In this document: one piece after another, positions 20,738-30,477 of the stretch | Layout: every line of letters begins with the position of its first letter | Position numbering within the stretch: the first letter of the stretch is position 1 | DNA from: Planctomycetota bacterium | GTDB lineage: Bacteria; Planctomycetota; UBA1135 | Reading direction: 5' to 3' | Length of the DNA stretch: 64,000 nt | Assembly: GCA_045047305.1 (NCBI GenBank) | Contig: JASFYO010000002.1 | Location: forward strand, 32,001-96,000 | Made by a program: the position numbers and the translations under genes | The notes under the pieces: model-generated | The model's database searches: none | What the model was told of the DNA's origin: nothing | Seen by the model: the letters and a program-made list of their open reading frames with translations, nothing else

Positions 20738-20758
20738 ATCAACAGCCTAACATCTGCA

Positions 20759-22324
20759 TCACTGAGAAGTGTATTGCGCCAGAAGCCATGGCCTCCACAA
20801 CTCTTGCTCTAGCTGATAAACCGAATCCCCTCCCTTAACACCAAAGAGCTGGGTTGTAAGTTTGCGCCAGTCCTGCACAAAACGGCGCGACTGCATAAGT
20901 TGCTGCAATTCACGCATCCAGGATTGACCGGCAACACCAGCCTCGCGATCCAGCCAAGCCACGAAGGACCACGCCTTCGCTAAATCAGCATTCTCATACA
21001 CGTAAAGCTGACGCCCGCATAGATCTTGAATCCGCGTTTTAGAGCCCAGTGCGATCTGCGCAAGACTTTGCTCTAAGCCAACCGTAACGACGGCCTCATA
21101 GTCCTCCGGGACCTCCATCTTCAGACTTACACAGTGGCCGCTGCTGCGATTGAGATAGCGCAGGGAAAGCTCATACCCCAATCCCTCTTCCATCCAATCC
21201 AACCTATCCTTCTCGATGTTGTAGCAACGAGAAGCTAGCGAATGGCCCAGGCGATGTAATAAAACGCCAGCGATATCAACGTCCGGCAACACGCGCCAAT
21301 AACTCAAGTCACGGTCTTTCAAACGAAAGTGAGTGCCACGATTTCGCGCCCGAGCTGGTTCCCCTGGCTTATCCCCCCAATCTAGTCCGTAGTAACTGCC
21401 AAGCAACTTCTCCAGATGCATTTTCTGGTCCGTGCTAAAGAAGAGCTCCAAGATGACCTCCTCGGGAATCGGATCCAGCTTCCCTAATTCCATGAGCGGC
21501 TCCACACTGCGCGTACGGAAATCTGCAATGACGTATTCGCCAAGCTTCAGTAACTCCTCAACCTCATGGTCAGCAATCCCAGTGTGGTAAAGAATACGCA
21601 AGTGAGTACTTTCGCGTACGTGAAACTCCAAGTTCGGACCTCCAACAGCGTGTGCGGCATCAACCAATTTCTGTGGAGTCTCAATCGTGGAGACTGGAAA
21701 GGCGGCATTGCGAATCTTAGCCTTCGTTGGCAGCCCCAAAGCGCGCCGAACTTTTTTCAGCGGTTTCTCCAATTGTTCAGCGGCTTTAGCATAACCAGTG
21801 CGTTGTAGCCAAATCTGTTGGTTCATCAACAAGCGATGCAGGCTTTGCCTGAGGGCTGTCACTTTAGCGTCGTCTCCTTTTGCCTCCTTGACCGCATCCT
21901 GAACCTCTTGCAAATGCTTTTCGGCCTTCGCATAGGCTTGAGCCAGAGTGTAGAAACTCTCGGTAGGCATGAAGGGATGCAACCTTTCTACCTTCTTCCC
22001 TTCCATCGAGATCGCGTATTTCTTGTACCTCACCACTCGGTGCGAACGCGCATCCAAGGTGTAGGGCACCATGCTCGGGTCAGACTGATCCTGCAAAAAG
22101 AAGTCCAACTGATCGTCGGCTTGCCAATCAAAATCACCCTCGATATCACGCGAGATGCCATCTCCTAACTCCACTAACAGCACTGATTTGCCATTCCAGT
22201 CAAAAAGCTGCTTCTTGTAACTCTTTGCCGATTTCGCCTCGCGAAACTCCAGCGCATAGATTTGAGCGGAGGCGGAGGAGCCGAGAAGGAGTATGGCTCC
22301 GAGGAGGAACAAGAAGTGTCGCAT
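20759..22324 (-). CDS. Secreted protein, zincin-like paralogue 1 of 3
   Basis: Signal peptide, QIYAL start, HRLGH-x15-WMEEGLGY. Confidence 0.82.
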   Translation of the reverse strand: MRHFLFLLGAILLLGSSASAQIYALEFREAKSAKSYKKQLFDWNGKSVLLVELGDGISRDIEGDFDWQADDQLDFFLQDQSDPSMVPYTLDARSHRVVRYKKYAISMEGKKVERLHPFMPTESFYTLAQAYAKAEKHLQEVQDAVKEAKGDDAKVTALRQSLHRLLMNQQIWLQRTGYAKAAEQLEKPLKKVRRALGLPTKAKIRNAAFPVSTIETPQKLVDAAHAVGGPNLEFHVRESTHLRILYHTGIADHEVEELLKLGEYVIADFRTRSVEPLMELGKLDPIPEEVILELFFSTDQKMHLEKLLGSYYGLDWGDKPGEPARARNRGTHFRLKDRDLSYWRVLPDVDIAGVLLHRLGHSLASRCYNIEKDRLDWMEEGLGYELSLRYLNRSSGHCVSLKMEVPEDYEAVVTVGLEQSLAQIALGSKTRIQDLCGRQLYVYENADLAKAWSFVAWLDREAGVAGQSWMRELQQLMQSRRFVQDWRKLTTQLFGVKGGDSVYQLEQELWRPWLLAQYTSQ

Positions 22325-23201
22325 GCCGTCCCAAGGTTACCCTATAGGTAGCTTGGGCGGCAAGAATCCCCGTCCACTCAATCAATTGCTGCGCAGCCTC
22401 TTCCAACCACGTTTTGTCGGCCATTTGCTCGGAATTCCGATCAAAGTTGCCCCTGCCGTCTGGGCCATGGTGGCCCTTGCTTTGCTTTCCGGTGGCGGCA
22501 ACACGGGCGTTCAGCCTCTCGCCATCGCTATTTTAATGCTCGTGCTTTTGGCGGCCCTGCTAATTCACGAACTGGCGCACGCTCTGGTTGCGAAACATTT
22601 GGGCTTGCATGTCCTCGACATCACCATTTGGCCCCTAGGTGGCGCCGCACGCATGGAAGGTCTCACTGGGCAATCCCGCCAGGAGGCGCTTGTTGCGGGC
22701 GCAGGCCCTGCCGCCAACATCGTGCTTGGAGGTATTTGCTTACTGATTCCCGGTCCCATTGCAGCCGACGCAGCTTGGATGAATCTCGTGCTTGGCCTCG
22801 GCAATTTGATTCCGGCCTTTCCGCTAGATGGTGGACGCATCCTTCGCGCTTGGCTCTCACGCCGTTCTCCCCTGGTCGATGCCACCCTTGCTGCAAATCG
22901 CCTGTCCAAATCGATTGCACTGCTTGCACTAGTGTTCTGCTTTTACTTTGGTGCCCTCTTCATTGGCCTCGTACTCGCCGCCTACCTGTGGTGGACCGGG
23001 CAGATGGAGTACTTTCAGATTCTCATGCGCGAAGGCCATGGCCCAACCATGCCAACTTCCGAAGTATGGAGACGCGCCTGCTATCCTTGGGTTTCCTCCA
23101 AGGGCTCCGGCTCTGGTTCCGACCGCCCCGCCGACCAGCTTGAGGATTACCGTGGAAGTCTCGACGACTTTTTCCGCGACCGTGACCGCGACCAATCATG
23201 A
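22323..23201 (+). CDS. Site-2 protease family (peptidase M50); start uncertain (22323 ATG or 22386 TTG)
   Basis: HELAH, AGPAANI, NLIPAFPLDGGRI, multiple TM segments. Confidence 0.9.
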   Translation: MPSQGYPIGSLGGKNPRPLNQLLRSLFQPRFVGHLLGIPIKVAPAVWAMVALALLSGGGNTGVQPLAIAILMLVLLAALLIHELAHALVAKHLGLHVLDITIWPLGGAARMEGLTGQSRQEALVAGAGPAANIVLGGICLLIPGPIAADAAWMNLVLGLGNLIPAFPLDGGRILRAWLSRRSPLVDATLAANRLSKSIALLALVFCFYFGALFIGLVLAAYLWWTGQMEYFQILMREGHGPTMPTSEVWRRACYPWVSSKGSGSGSDRPADQLEDYRGSLDDFFRDRDRDQS

Positions 23202-24076
23202 TTTCAATCCTTGCCCTTGCAGCTTTTCCACTATTCCAAACTCCAGCAAAACCAGATCGGCTGAAACCTTTGGTGCCTGCACCAGAAGGCTATACCCCAA
23301 AAGCAACACCTGCGCCCAAACCTGCTGCAGTACCAGAAGACAGCCCTTTTAGAAGCTTGGGTCCAACCCCACAGCCTCAACGAGGGGCGCTGCCAACCCC
23401 GAGCACAAAAGGACCGCGAGATCAAAAAGATGGTCGCCCACTGCCTTTCTCCGAAGATCGCCCATTGCTTAGTATTGATGGCGCCGTCATCCGTGCTGGA
23501 GAATTAAATCAGCTCGTTTCTTACTACCGCAGCTACCGCTCTGGGTCCGACGACATGATGCTGCAAGCCGCAGTCAAAGCGTTACTTCCGGTCAAGGTCA
23601 TGCAGGCCAAATTCAAGGCGCAGCTTCCAGACATGTATCGCAACATTGAAGAGGCACATGAAGCGGCCGTGGCTGGCGAAGACTTTGCCTCCGTGGTGAA
23701 ACGCTTTTCCCAAGATAGCGAGGCACCAACAGACGACGGGCGTTACACCTTTGGTCGTGACCAGGCGGTGCAACCCTTTGACCGCATTTGCCATTCCACT
23801 CCCGTGAATGGATTCTCGGCGCCCTTCCTTACCGTTTATGGATACCACTTCTTGCAGGTTTTAGACTACCAACGCGGCGAAAAGCCCAAGGATGACCAAT
23901 CGACTTCACGCCACGTCTTGATCATGTTCCCCGAGATGGTGCAGATGGAAAAGGAAGGCAAGGACGTCCGTTCCTGGATTAAGCAGCAAGTCCAAGCTGC
24001 CAAGATTGAAGTCCTAGAAGCTGGCATGCAGAACCTGGTGCCGCCGGCGAACCGTGGTCAGATTACTGGTCAGTAA
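23198..24076 (+). CDS. Exported PpiC/parvulin-type peptidyl-prolyl isomerase
   Basis: Signal peptide, Pro-rich linker, GEDFASVVKRFSQD, FLTVYGYHFLQV. Confidence 0.8.
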   Translation: MISILALAAFPLFQTPAKPDRLKPLVPAPEGYTPKATPAPKPAAVPEDSPFRSLGPTPQPQRGALPTPSTKGPRDQKDGRPLPFSEDRPLLSIDGAVIRAGELNQLVSYYRSYRSGSDDMMLQAAVKALLPVKVMQAKFKAQLPDMYRNIEEAHEAAVAGEDFASVVKRFSQDSEAPTDDGRYTFGRDQAVQPFDRICHSTPVNGFSAPFLTVYGYHFLQVLDYQRGEKPKDDQSTSRHVLIMFPEMVQMEKEGKDVRSWIKQQVQAAKIEVLEAGMQNLVPPANRGQITGQ

Positions 24077-24085
24077 ACCGGTCGC

Positions 24086-24610
24086 CTAGTCAGCCTGTGC
24101 AGGAGCCAGTCGAACCAACGGCTGGTTTGCATCGACGCTTTGGCCGGTCTCAACCAGCACCTCTTCGACCACCCCACCGTGTTGGCAGGTAACCTCGTTT
24201 TGCATTTTCATGGCCTCGAGAATGGCAACACCGGCGCCAGGTTCTAGGACATCGCCGACTTTCACCGAAACATCGATGAGCACGCCAGGCATCGAAGCCT
24301 TGATGATTTCCGCTTTCGGTGGTCCTTGTCCGGCAACCTCACCGGCTGCTTTTTCGCGTTCATCCATCGCGACTACGGTGTAACTTTCACCCGCAATATT
24401 GACCTGCAAGTGCTGCTGGTCTTGCTCCTCGATGGAAACCGCGAAACTGCGGTGATCGATGATGGCGGTGTATTGGCCGAGTCGGTCGACGTCGAGGAAA
24501 TCCGCATGAATCTCCTTTCCGTCTACCTTCACCGTGCAGTGTCCGCCGCCACAATCGTCTACTTCAAGCTCAAACTCACGTCCTGAATCTACGCGTAGAA
24601 AGTACTTCAT
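24086..24610 (-). CDS. Biotin carboxyl carrier protein
   Basis: ASMPG, EAMKMQN biotinylation motif. Confidence 0.93.
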   Translation of the reverse strand: MKYFLRVDSGREFELEVDDCGGGHCTVKVDGKEIHADFLDVDRLGQYTAIIDHRSFAVSIEEQDQQHLQVNIAGESYTVVAMDEREKAAGEVAGQGPPKAEIIKASMPGVLIDVSVKVGDVLEPGAGVAILEAMKMQNEVTCQHGGVVEEVLVETGQSVDANQPLVRLAPAQAD

Positions 24611-26151
24611 CGGGAAACCCTCCCATGTTGCTCGCGACGGGCTGCCGCAACCCAGGTATTGGTTTTTGCGCCTCCGGAATCTTCCGTTTGCATGACTCGA
24701 CGCGCAGCTGTTTTCTGTCTATGCAAGGCCGCAACCACCGCCGCGATTTGCTCTAAGTCATCCGGAATTTCGCGTTGCACCTCATGCTTGCCACGCTCCT
24801 CCACAAACTTCTCGAGGTAAGCCGTGTCGTAGTTGCCGCTAATGAATCCATCGGACTGAAGGATTTGCAGTGCAATGCCTGCGGAAGTCTTCACGCCGCC
24901 GACATGCAGCTCCTGCAATACCCGCAACATGCGACGTCGTGCTTGTTCGCGATCTCGTCCGTAGGCAATCAGTTTGGCGAGCATCGAATCGTAGTACGGG
25001 GTCACTTCCATACTGCGATAAACGCCAGAATCGATGCGTACTCCAGGTCCACCGGGCCAACGTAAGTTTCCAATCACGCCGAGGCTCGGCAGAAACTGGT
25101 TGTCTGGATCTTCCGCGTTGAGGCGCACTTCAATCGCATGTCCACGCGGCACGAGGCCGGTGCAGTCATCAATCTTCTCTCCTGCAGCAACCCGAATCAT
25201 CTGCGCAATGAGATCTACGCCATACACCTCTTCGGTGATGCCGTGCTCCACTTGGATACGCGTGTTCATCTCCAAGAAGTAAAACTCCCCCTTCGACCAC
25301 AGGAACTCCACGGTTCCGGCGGAAAAATAGTTCACTGCTTTAGCAGCTGCAACCGCGGCAGCACCCATCTGCATGCGGGTTTGTTCATCGATGACTGGAG
25401 AAGGCGCTTCCTCAATCAACTTTTGATGACGTCGCTGCAGGGAGCATTCGCGTTCTCCAAAATGGAGAATCGTTCCATGCTTGTCGCCAAGCACTTGAAT
25501 CTCAATGTGACGCGGCTGCACCAGGAACTTCTCCAGGTACATGCGGCCGTCGCCGAAAGCATTGAGTGCTTCGCCACTTGCGGTGGTAAAAGCGGATTCA
25601 ATCTCACTTGCTTCCTGCACCACGCGAATGCCTTTGCCGCCACCACCGGCGGAAGCTTTCAGCATCACTGGGTAGCCAATCTTTTCGGCTTCCTTGGCGG
25701 CTTCTGCAGCATCGGCGACCGCTTCAGTGTTGCCTGGAACCACCGGAACGCCCGCTGCAATCATGGCAGTACGGGCGGAGAGTTTGTCTCCCATGACCGC
25801 CATAGCGTGAGAGGACGGACCGACAAAACGAATGCCAGCTGCCTCTACCGCTTCTGCGAACTCGCCGTTTTCAGCTAGAAATCCAAAGCCGGGGTGAATG
25901 GCATCGGCCTTGGCTTGTTTGGCGATTTCTAAAATGCGGTCGGCACGCAAATACGATTCTGCAGGGGTCTTACCGCCTAAAGCATAAGCTTCGTTGGCAA
26001 AGCGTACGTGCAAGGCATGACGATCAGGATCTGAGTAAACCGCAATGGTTTCAATGCCAAGATCACGACACGAGCGCTGAATTCGCACCGCGATTTCACC
26101 GCGGTTCGCAATCAACAAGCGCTTGATAGGAGTTTGAGGGACTTGACTCAT
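24607..26151 (-). CDS. Biotin carboxylase subunit of acyl-CoA carboxylase
   Basis: LIANRGEIA, HPGFGFLAEN, GGGGKG, RECSLQRRHQK, EMNTRIQVEH. Confidence 0.95.
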   Translation of the reverse strand: MSQVPQTPIKRLLIANRGEIAVRIQRSCRDLGIETIAVYSDPDRHALHVRFANEAYALGGKTPAESYLRADRILEIAKQAKADAIHPGFGFLAENGEFAEAVEAAGIRFVGPSSHAMAVMGDKLSARTAMIAAGVPVVPGNTEAVADAAEAAKEAEKIGYPVMLKASAGGGGKGIRVVQEASEIESAFTTASGEALNAFGDGRMYLEKFLVQPRHIEIQVLGDKHGTILHFGERECSLQRRHQKLIEEAPSPVIDEQTRMQMGAAAVAAAKAVNYFSAGTVEFLWSKGEFYFLEMNTRIQVEHGITEEVYGVDLIAQMIRVAAGEKIDDCTGLVPRGHAIEVRLNAEDPDNQFLPSLGVIGNLRWPGGPGVRIDSGVYRSMEVTPYYDSMLAKLIAYGRDREQARRRMLRVLQELHVGGVKTSAGIALQILQSDGFISGNYDTAYLEKFVEERGKHEVQREIPDDLEQIAAVVAALHRQKTAARRVMQTEDSGGAKTNTWVAAARREQHGRVSR

Positions 26152-26156
26152 GACTC

Positions 26157-27698
26157 CTAGAGTGGAATAGAACCGTGTTTCTTCGGTGGATTGGATTCGC
26201 GCTTGGTGGCCAGCATTTGCAGGGCGCGGATCAACCGTGGACGTGTGCGTGATGGAATGATGACATCGTCGATCAGACCACGTTCCGCCGCGAGGTAGGG
26301 ATTGGCGAACATGTCGCGATACTCCTCCACCAGTTCGCTTTCGCGCTTGACCGGATCATCGGCAGCGGCGATTTCTCGGCGGTGGATGATCTTGGCAGCG
26401 CCCTCGGCGCCCATGACGGCAATCTCAGCGCCGGGCCAAGAGACGTTCCAGTCACCGCGAGTCGATTTACTCGAAAGCACACAATACGCACCTCCATAGG
26501 CCTTGCGCGTCACCACGGTGAGTTTCGGCACCGTCGCTTCGCAGTAGGCGTAAAGCAGTTTGGCGCCGCGTCGGATGATGCCAGCATGCTCCTGTACGGT
26601 TCCAGGCATGAAGCCTGGGACGTCTTCAAAGGTGATGATTGGAATATTGAAGCAATCGCAGAAACGCACGAAGCGCGCTGCCTTTTCGGAAGCATCAATG
26701 TCCAAGACACCGGCAAGTGCCATCGGTTGGTTGGCGACGATGCCGACCGAACGTCCACCCAAACGTGCAAGGCCAATCACAATGTTGCGCGCGAAGCCTT
26801 GTTGGATTTCCATGAAGTCGCCGTCGTCCACCACCGAATGGATGACCTTCTTCATGTCATAAGGCTGATTCGGAGATTCTGGAATGATTTCATCTAGCAA
26901 GTCATCGCAACGATCGGATGGATCTTCGGTTGCAACGATTGGCGGTTCTTCGGTGTTGTTCGCCGGGAGGAAGGACAACAAGCGACGGATGCGCGCCAAA
27001 CACTCGGCATCGTCCTCGCAAGTGAAGTGACTGGTGCCACTGATTTCCTCGTGCACCTGCGCACCACCCAACTCTTCGGAAGTGACATCTTCGTGGGTGA
27101 CGGTCTTCACTACATCGGGGCCGGTGATGTGCATGTAACTGCTGCCATCGACCATCAAGATGAAATCGGTCAGAGCAGGCGAATAAACCGCACCGCCAGC
27201 ACATGGGCCCATGATGGCGCTAATCTGCGGCACCACGCCACTAGCCAAAGTATTGCGCAGAAAGATCTCCGAGTATCCCGCGAGCGAAACTACGCCCTCT
27301 TGAATGCGAGCACCACCGGAATCGTTCAGCCCAATCATGGGAATGCCGAGCTTCATCGACATGTCCATCACCTTGCAAATTTTCGCGGCATGCTCTTCGG
27401 CCAAACTTCCACCAAACACGGTGAAGTCTTGCGCAAACACGGCAACCGGGCGGCCATCGATGGTGCCGGTTCCAGTGACTACGCCATCGCCGAGTGGGCG
27501 CTGCTTATCCAAACCGAAGTTGGAGCTGCGGTGACGCCGGAAGGCATCGAGCTCCTCGAAGGAACCTTGATCAAGCAACAGCTCAATCCGTTCCCGCGCA
27601 GTCAGTTTGCCTTTGGCGTGTTGGGTTTCCATGCGTTTTTCACCACCGCCCAATCGGGCTTCGGCGCGCATGTCCTCAAGTTTCTGAATGGGATCCAT
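26157..27698 (-). CDS. pccB: Propionyl-CoA carboxylase beta (carboxyltransferase)
   Basis: [45 protein letters not shown]; next to epimerase. Confidence 0.9.
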   Translation of the reverse strand: MDPIQKLEDMRAEARLGGGEKRMETQHAKGKLTARERIELLLDQGSFEELDAFRRHRSSNFGLDKQRPLGDGVVTGTGTIDGRPVAVFAQDFTVFGGSLAEEHAAKICKVMDMSMKLGIPMIGLNDSGGARIQEGVVSLAGYSEIFLRNTLASGVVPQISAIMGPCAGGAVYSPALTDFILMVDGSSYMHITGPDVVKTVTHEDVTSEELGGAQVHEEISGTSHFTCEDDAECLARIRRLLSFLPANNTEEPPIVATEDPSDRCDDLLDEIIPESPNQPYDMKKVIHSVVDDGDFMEIQQGFARNIVIGLARLGGRSVGIVANQPMALAGVLDIDASEKAARFVRFCDCFNIPIITFEDVPGFMPGTVQEHAGIIRRGAKLLYAYCEATVPKLTVVTRKAYGGAYCVLSSKSTRGDWNVSWPGAEIAVMGAEGAAKIIHRREIAAADDPVKRESELVEEYRDMFANPYLAAERGLIDDVIIPSRTRPRLIRALQMLATKRESNPPKKHGSIPL

Positions 27699-27716
27699 GT
27701 TAGTTCATCCAGGCTC

Positions 27717-28136
27717 TTACGAGCCAAACCCTTCCCCGCCTTCGACGAGTTCCGTCAGCACACCGCTGGTCGCTTTCGGATGCACAAAGGCAATCCGCGT
27801 TTGATGCGCTCCAGTTTTCGGTTCGGTGTTGATCATGCGTACTTCTCGGTCCACCAATTCCTGGGTCGCCGCTGCGCAGTCATCGACCGCCAACGCGAGG
27901 TGATGCAATCCTGCACCACGCTTATCTAAGAAGGCTTGAATCGGCGAGTCTTTCCGAATAGGAAAAACCAATTCAATGCGCGTGGCGCCGGCATACATCA
28001 TCTGTACTTCCACGCCTTGATCTTCCACCACCTCACGGCTTCCTACGCGCAGCCCCATCTCTTTCCAGAGTTGAGTGGCCGCGTCGAGATCCGTGACGGC
28101 AATGGCTATGTGGTCGACTCCGAGAACGTTAGGCAT
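27717..28136 (-). CDS. mce: Methylmalonyl-CoA epimerase
   Basis: DHIAIAV, GLHHLAL, FVHPKATSGVLTELVE. Confidence 0.9.
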   Translation of the reverse strand: MPNVLGVDHIAIAVTDLDAATQLWKEMGLRVGSREVVEDQGVEVQMMYAGATRIELVFPIRKDSPIQAFLDKRGAGLHHLALAVDDCAAATQELVDREVRMINTEPKTGAHQTRIAFVHPKATSGVLTELVEGGEGFGS

Positions 28137-28215
28137 GGGGTATCCGGGTTGGAGGCAAAGTATAAGCGGTCGGGCCTGCCGATTGAACGCCTACGTGTCC
28201 GCCGATTAAACCGAG

Positions 28216-29520
28216 CTAAGCGAGTTGACGGCGCAAGTTGCCATCGATTTTGCGCTGGACGATGTCATCTAGCCCCACCTGGTCTGCGTACTTCGGCCAA
28301 AACGCAACCACTTGCTGCACTTCGTGGACAATCCGTTGCGCACGACCACGTACCAGCCCTACCGCTTTGCCTGCAGCAATGAAATCGTCCAGGGTGAATC
28401 CATCGCGCTTGCCTTGGAGAGTCATTTGGTGCGCGTGCGTCCAATCGCCGGAGGGTTGATAGCTGTAGGTCACATCAAAGGCTGGCGAAAGAGTCCAAGC
28501 GCCTTGCTTATCCATGAGGAAAGCGATGTTCTTCACGTGGTCGTCTTGGTTACGCGCGAGAATGTTAAAAGCCATGCGGCGGAATTGCTGTTCGATGGAT
28601 GCGGCAGGCATATCCAGTTGTCGCATGATTTGCATGCACTGTTCATACCCATGTGCACCGGCTTGATTGAAATCGAAATGCGCGATGGCACCGAGCGATT
28701 GCATGTGCAACTTGGAGCCGTCTTCGCTGCGATCGAAGCGTTTGGTCATGAAATGACTGCGACCGTTTTCCTGCAGCAAACGGCATGGCATCATGCTTAA
28801 GCCGGCATCCTTTGCCATGAGGGAATAAGCATATTCGATTAAGCCATACCCCTTAGGGTCTTCCAGTTCCTTATCCCGATTACCGCCGACGCCATCGAAC
28901 TTCAGCAACCAATGTTCAAAACCAAGGTCGGCAGTGACTTGCCCCGAACGCACTTCTTGCGTTTCTGGATTCCATGCGATGACCGCTTTCGCGCGTGCAC
29001 CACCGGCCGATGTCCCTACCTGCAGAATGTCGCGAAGTGGGTCTGGCGCAGTCGAATCAACTAATTCAGCACGTACATGCTGCCGCTGATGAAGAATGTC
29101 GGAGGCTAAAGCGACCAGCTCCTGGACATCGATGGGGTGCGATTTGCGTTCACGCGGACCTTGGGTGGGGAAGAATTCCAGCGCCCCCATACCACGGGTG
29201 CCGGTGTAACAAAGACGTTCGACTGCGTTAAAGCTGGAGGCGTGACGCCCTTGACTGGCAAGCCATGCATCGATCAGAGCATTACCGAAACGATCTGGCA
29301 AGGTGTCAGCGAGCAACCCCGGCAACCCATGGAAGCTTTGTCGCGCCAACTGCGGAAAACTATAAAGGTTGGAACTCAACGGCATGTGCAACGGCGAAAC
29401 CTGAATGCCGCTTTGCGCAAAGGCAGGGTCGTATTCAAAGGTCGCGACATCGGATCCGTCGGCCAAGTACACAGCGCCTATGGTGCGCTCCCAAAGCTTG
29501 ACTTCTGCGAGCGTACTCAT
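28216..29520 (-). CDS. hipA: HipA-family toxin kinase
   Basis: N-terminal DTLPDRFGN, GTSAGGARAKA P-loop, NQDDHVKN, SPAFDV. Confidence 0.92.
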   Translation of the reverse strand: MSTLAEVKLWERTIGAVYLADGSDVATFEYDPAFAQSGIQVSPLHMPLSSNLYSFPQLARQSFHGLPGLLADTLPDRFGNALIDAWLASQGRHASSFNAVERLCYTGTRGMGALEFFPTQGPRERKSHPIDVQELVALASDILHQRQHVRAELVDSTAPDPLRDILQVGTSAGGARAKAVIAWNPETQEVRSGQVTADLGFEHWLLKFDGVGGNRDKELEDPKGYGLIEYAYSLMAKDAGLSMMPCRLLQENGRSHFMTKRFDRSEDGSKLHMQSLGAIAHFDFNQAGAHGYEQCMQIMRQLDMPAASIEQQFRRMAFNILARNQDDHVKNIAFLMDKQGAWTLSPAFDVTYSYQPSGDWTHAHQMTLQGKRDGFTLDDFIAAGKAVGLVRGRAQRIVHEVQQVVAFWPKYADQVGLDDIVQRKIDGNLRRQLA

Positions 29521-29861
29521 GCTTCCTTGTCCCAATCCCAAGCCGACTCCGACTTCTTGCGCCCCGGCGATGCACGTTTGCGTTGCTTTTGTTTCAGCTT
29601 CAATAGGTCCATCGGGCGCGGCCCACTTTCGGGCAACAGCCCATCTAGCACTTCCAGCAATTCCAAGGCGCGTAGCACTCGAATCCAGTTCGCCAGCTGC
29701 GTGGATGCCCCGCCCTCAATCCGTTCCACCGTACGCTTCGAGACCCCTGAGCGCTCCGCTAACTCGGCTTGCGACCACTGCATACGCAAACGCCTTTGCG
29801 TCATTCGCGCGCCCATTTCCTTCAGGACGCTGTCCTCGGGTTGGTTCGATTGGATTTTCAT
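29517..29861 (-). CDS. XRE-family HTH antitoxin (HipB-like)
   Basis: SQAELAERSGVSKRTVERIEGG; 4-nt overlap with hipA. Confidence 0.88.
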   Translation of the reverse strand: MKIQSNQPEDSVLKEMGARMTQRRLRMQWSQAELAERSGVSKRTVERIEGGASTQLANWIRVLRALELLEVLDGLLPESGPRPMDLLKLKQKQRKRASPGRKKSESAWDWDKEA

Positions 29862-29897
29862 CTCGGGTATCCTCTGGGCTAGATCAGCAGCATCTTA

Positions 29898-29949
29898 ACT
29901 TAATTCGTCTATCTTGGCGACTAATTGTAATATTTTCACTTAATTCGTC
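29898..29949. promoter_or_regulatory. Putative hipBA operators
   Basis: ACTTAATTCGTC at 29898 and 29938; imperfect inverted half-site GACTAATT at 29919; AT-rich. Confidence 0.55.
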
Positions 29950-29984
29950 AGTTTAGTCTGCTGGCAATGTCCTAGAGTACCCAC

Positions 29985-30419
29985 ATGCAAGCTCCCGAGG
30001 TCCCTGCTTCCAACAGAATTCGCTTCCAGGCCAAATGCCGCACCCGCTGGTCCGATGAGGACAATCAGGGTGTGCTCAACAACGCGGTTTACCTCACTTT
30101 ACTCGAGGAAGCGCGCTATCAATACTTCCACCATCTGGGCCAAATCGGCATTCACGGCCATTTCACCTTCGTCCTCGGCCAGACCAACATCCGCTATCTG
30201 GCTCCAGGCAGCGGGCCCGCCAAGGTTATCATCGACATCACCACCGTACACCTTGGCACCCGTTCCTTCCGCCAGGCCTACCGCGTGCGCAATGCGGCCG
30301 ACAATACCACTTGGGCAGAAGCCATCGCCGACATGGTGATTTGGGACTCCCTAGCTCAATCAAGCGCCCCGATGCCTGATAATTTTCGCGCCGCCATCAC
30401 TGAATTCGAAGGGCTGTAA
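29985..30419 (+). CDS. Acyl-CoA thioesterase (4HBT/YbgC hotdog fold)
   Basis: RWSDEDNQGVLNNAVYLTLLEEAR, LGTRSF. Confidence 0.88.
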   Translation: MQAPEVPASNRIRFQAKCRTRWSDEDNQGVLNNAVYLTLLEEARYQYFHHLGQIGIHGHFTFVLGQTNIRYLAPGSGPAKVIIDITTVHLGTRSFRQAYRVRNAADNTTWAEAIADMVIWDSLAQSSAPMPDNFRAAITEFEGL

Positions 30420-30477
30420 CTCCAATACTCCTCTCTTCGCTGCTAGGGTGGATGCCCCCGATTCCCAATTGCAAACC

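Noticed and set aside
27027..27929. 300-aa plus-strand ORF and similar long antisense ORFs (25138, 29137, 38452, 48146, 50717)
   Set aside because: Antisense shadows of well-supported genes with no recognisable motifs
28137..29984. hipBA as a bounded mobile element
   Set aside because: No terminal repeats, target duplication or recombinase visible
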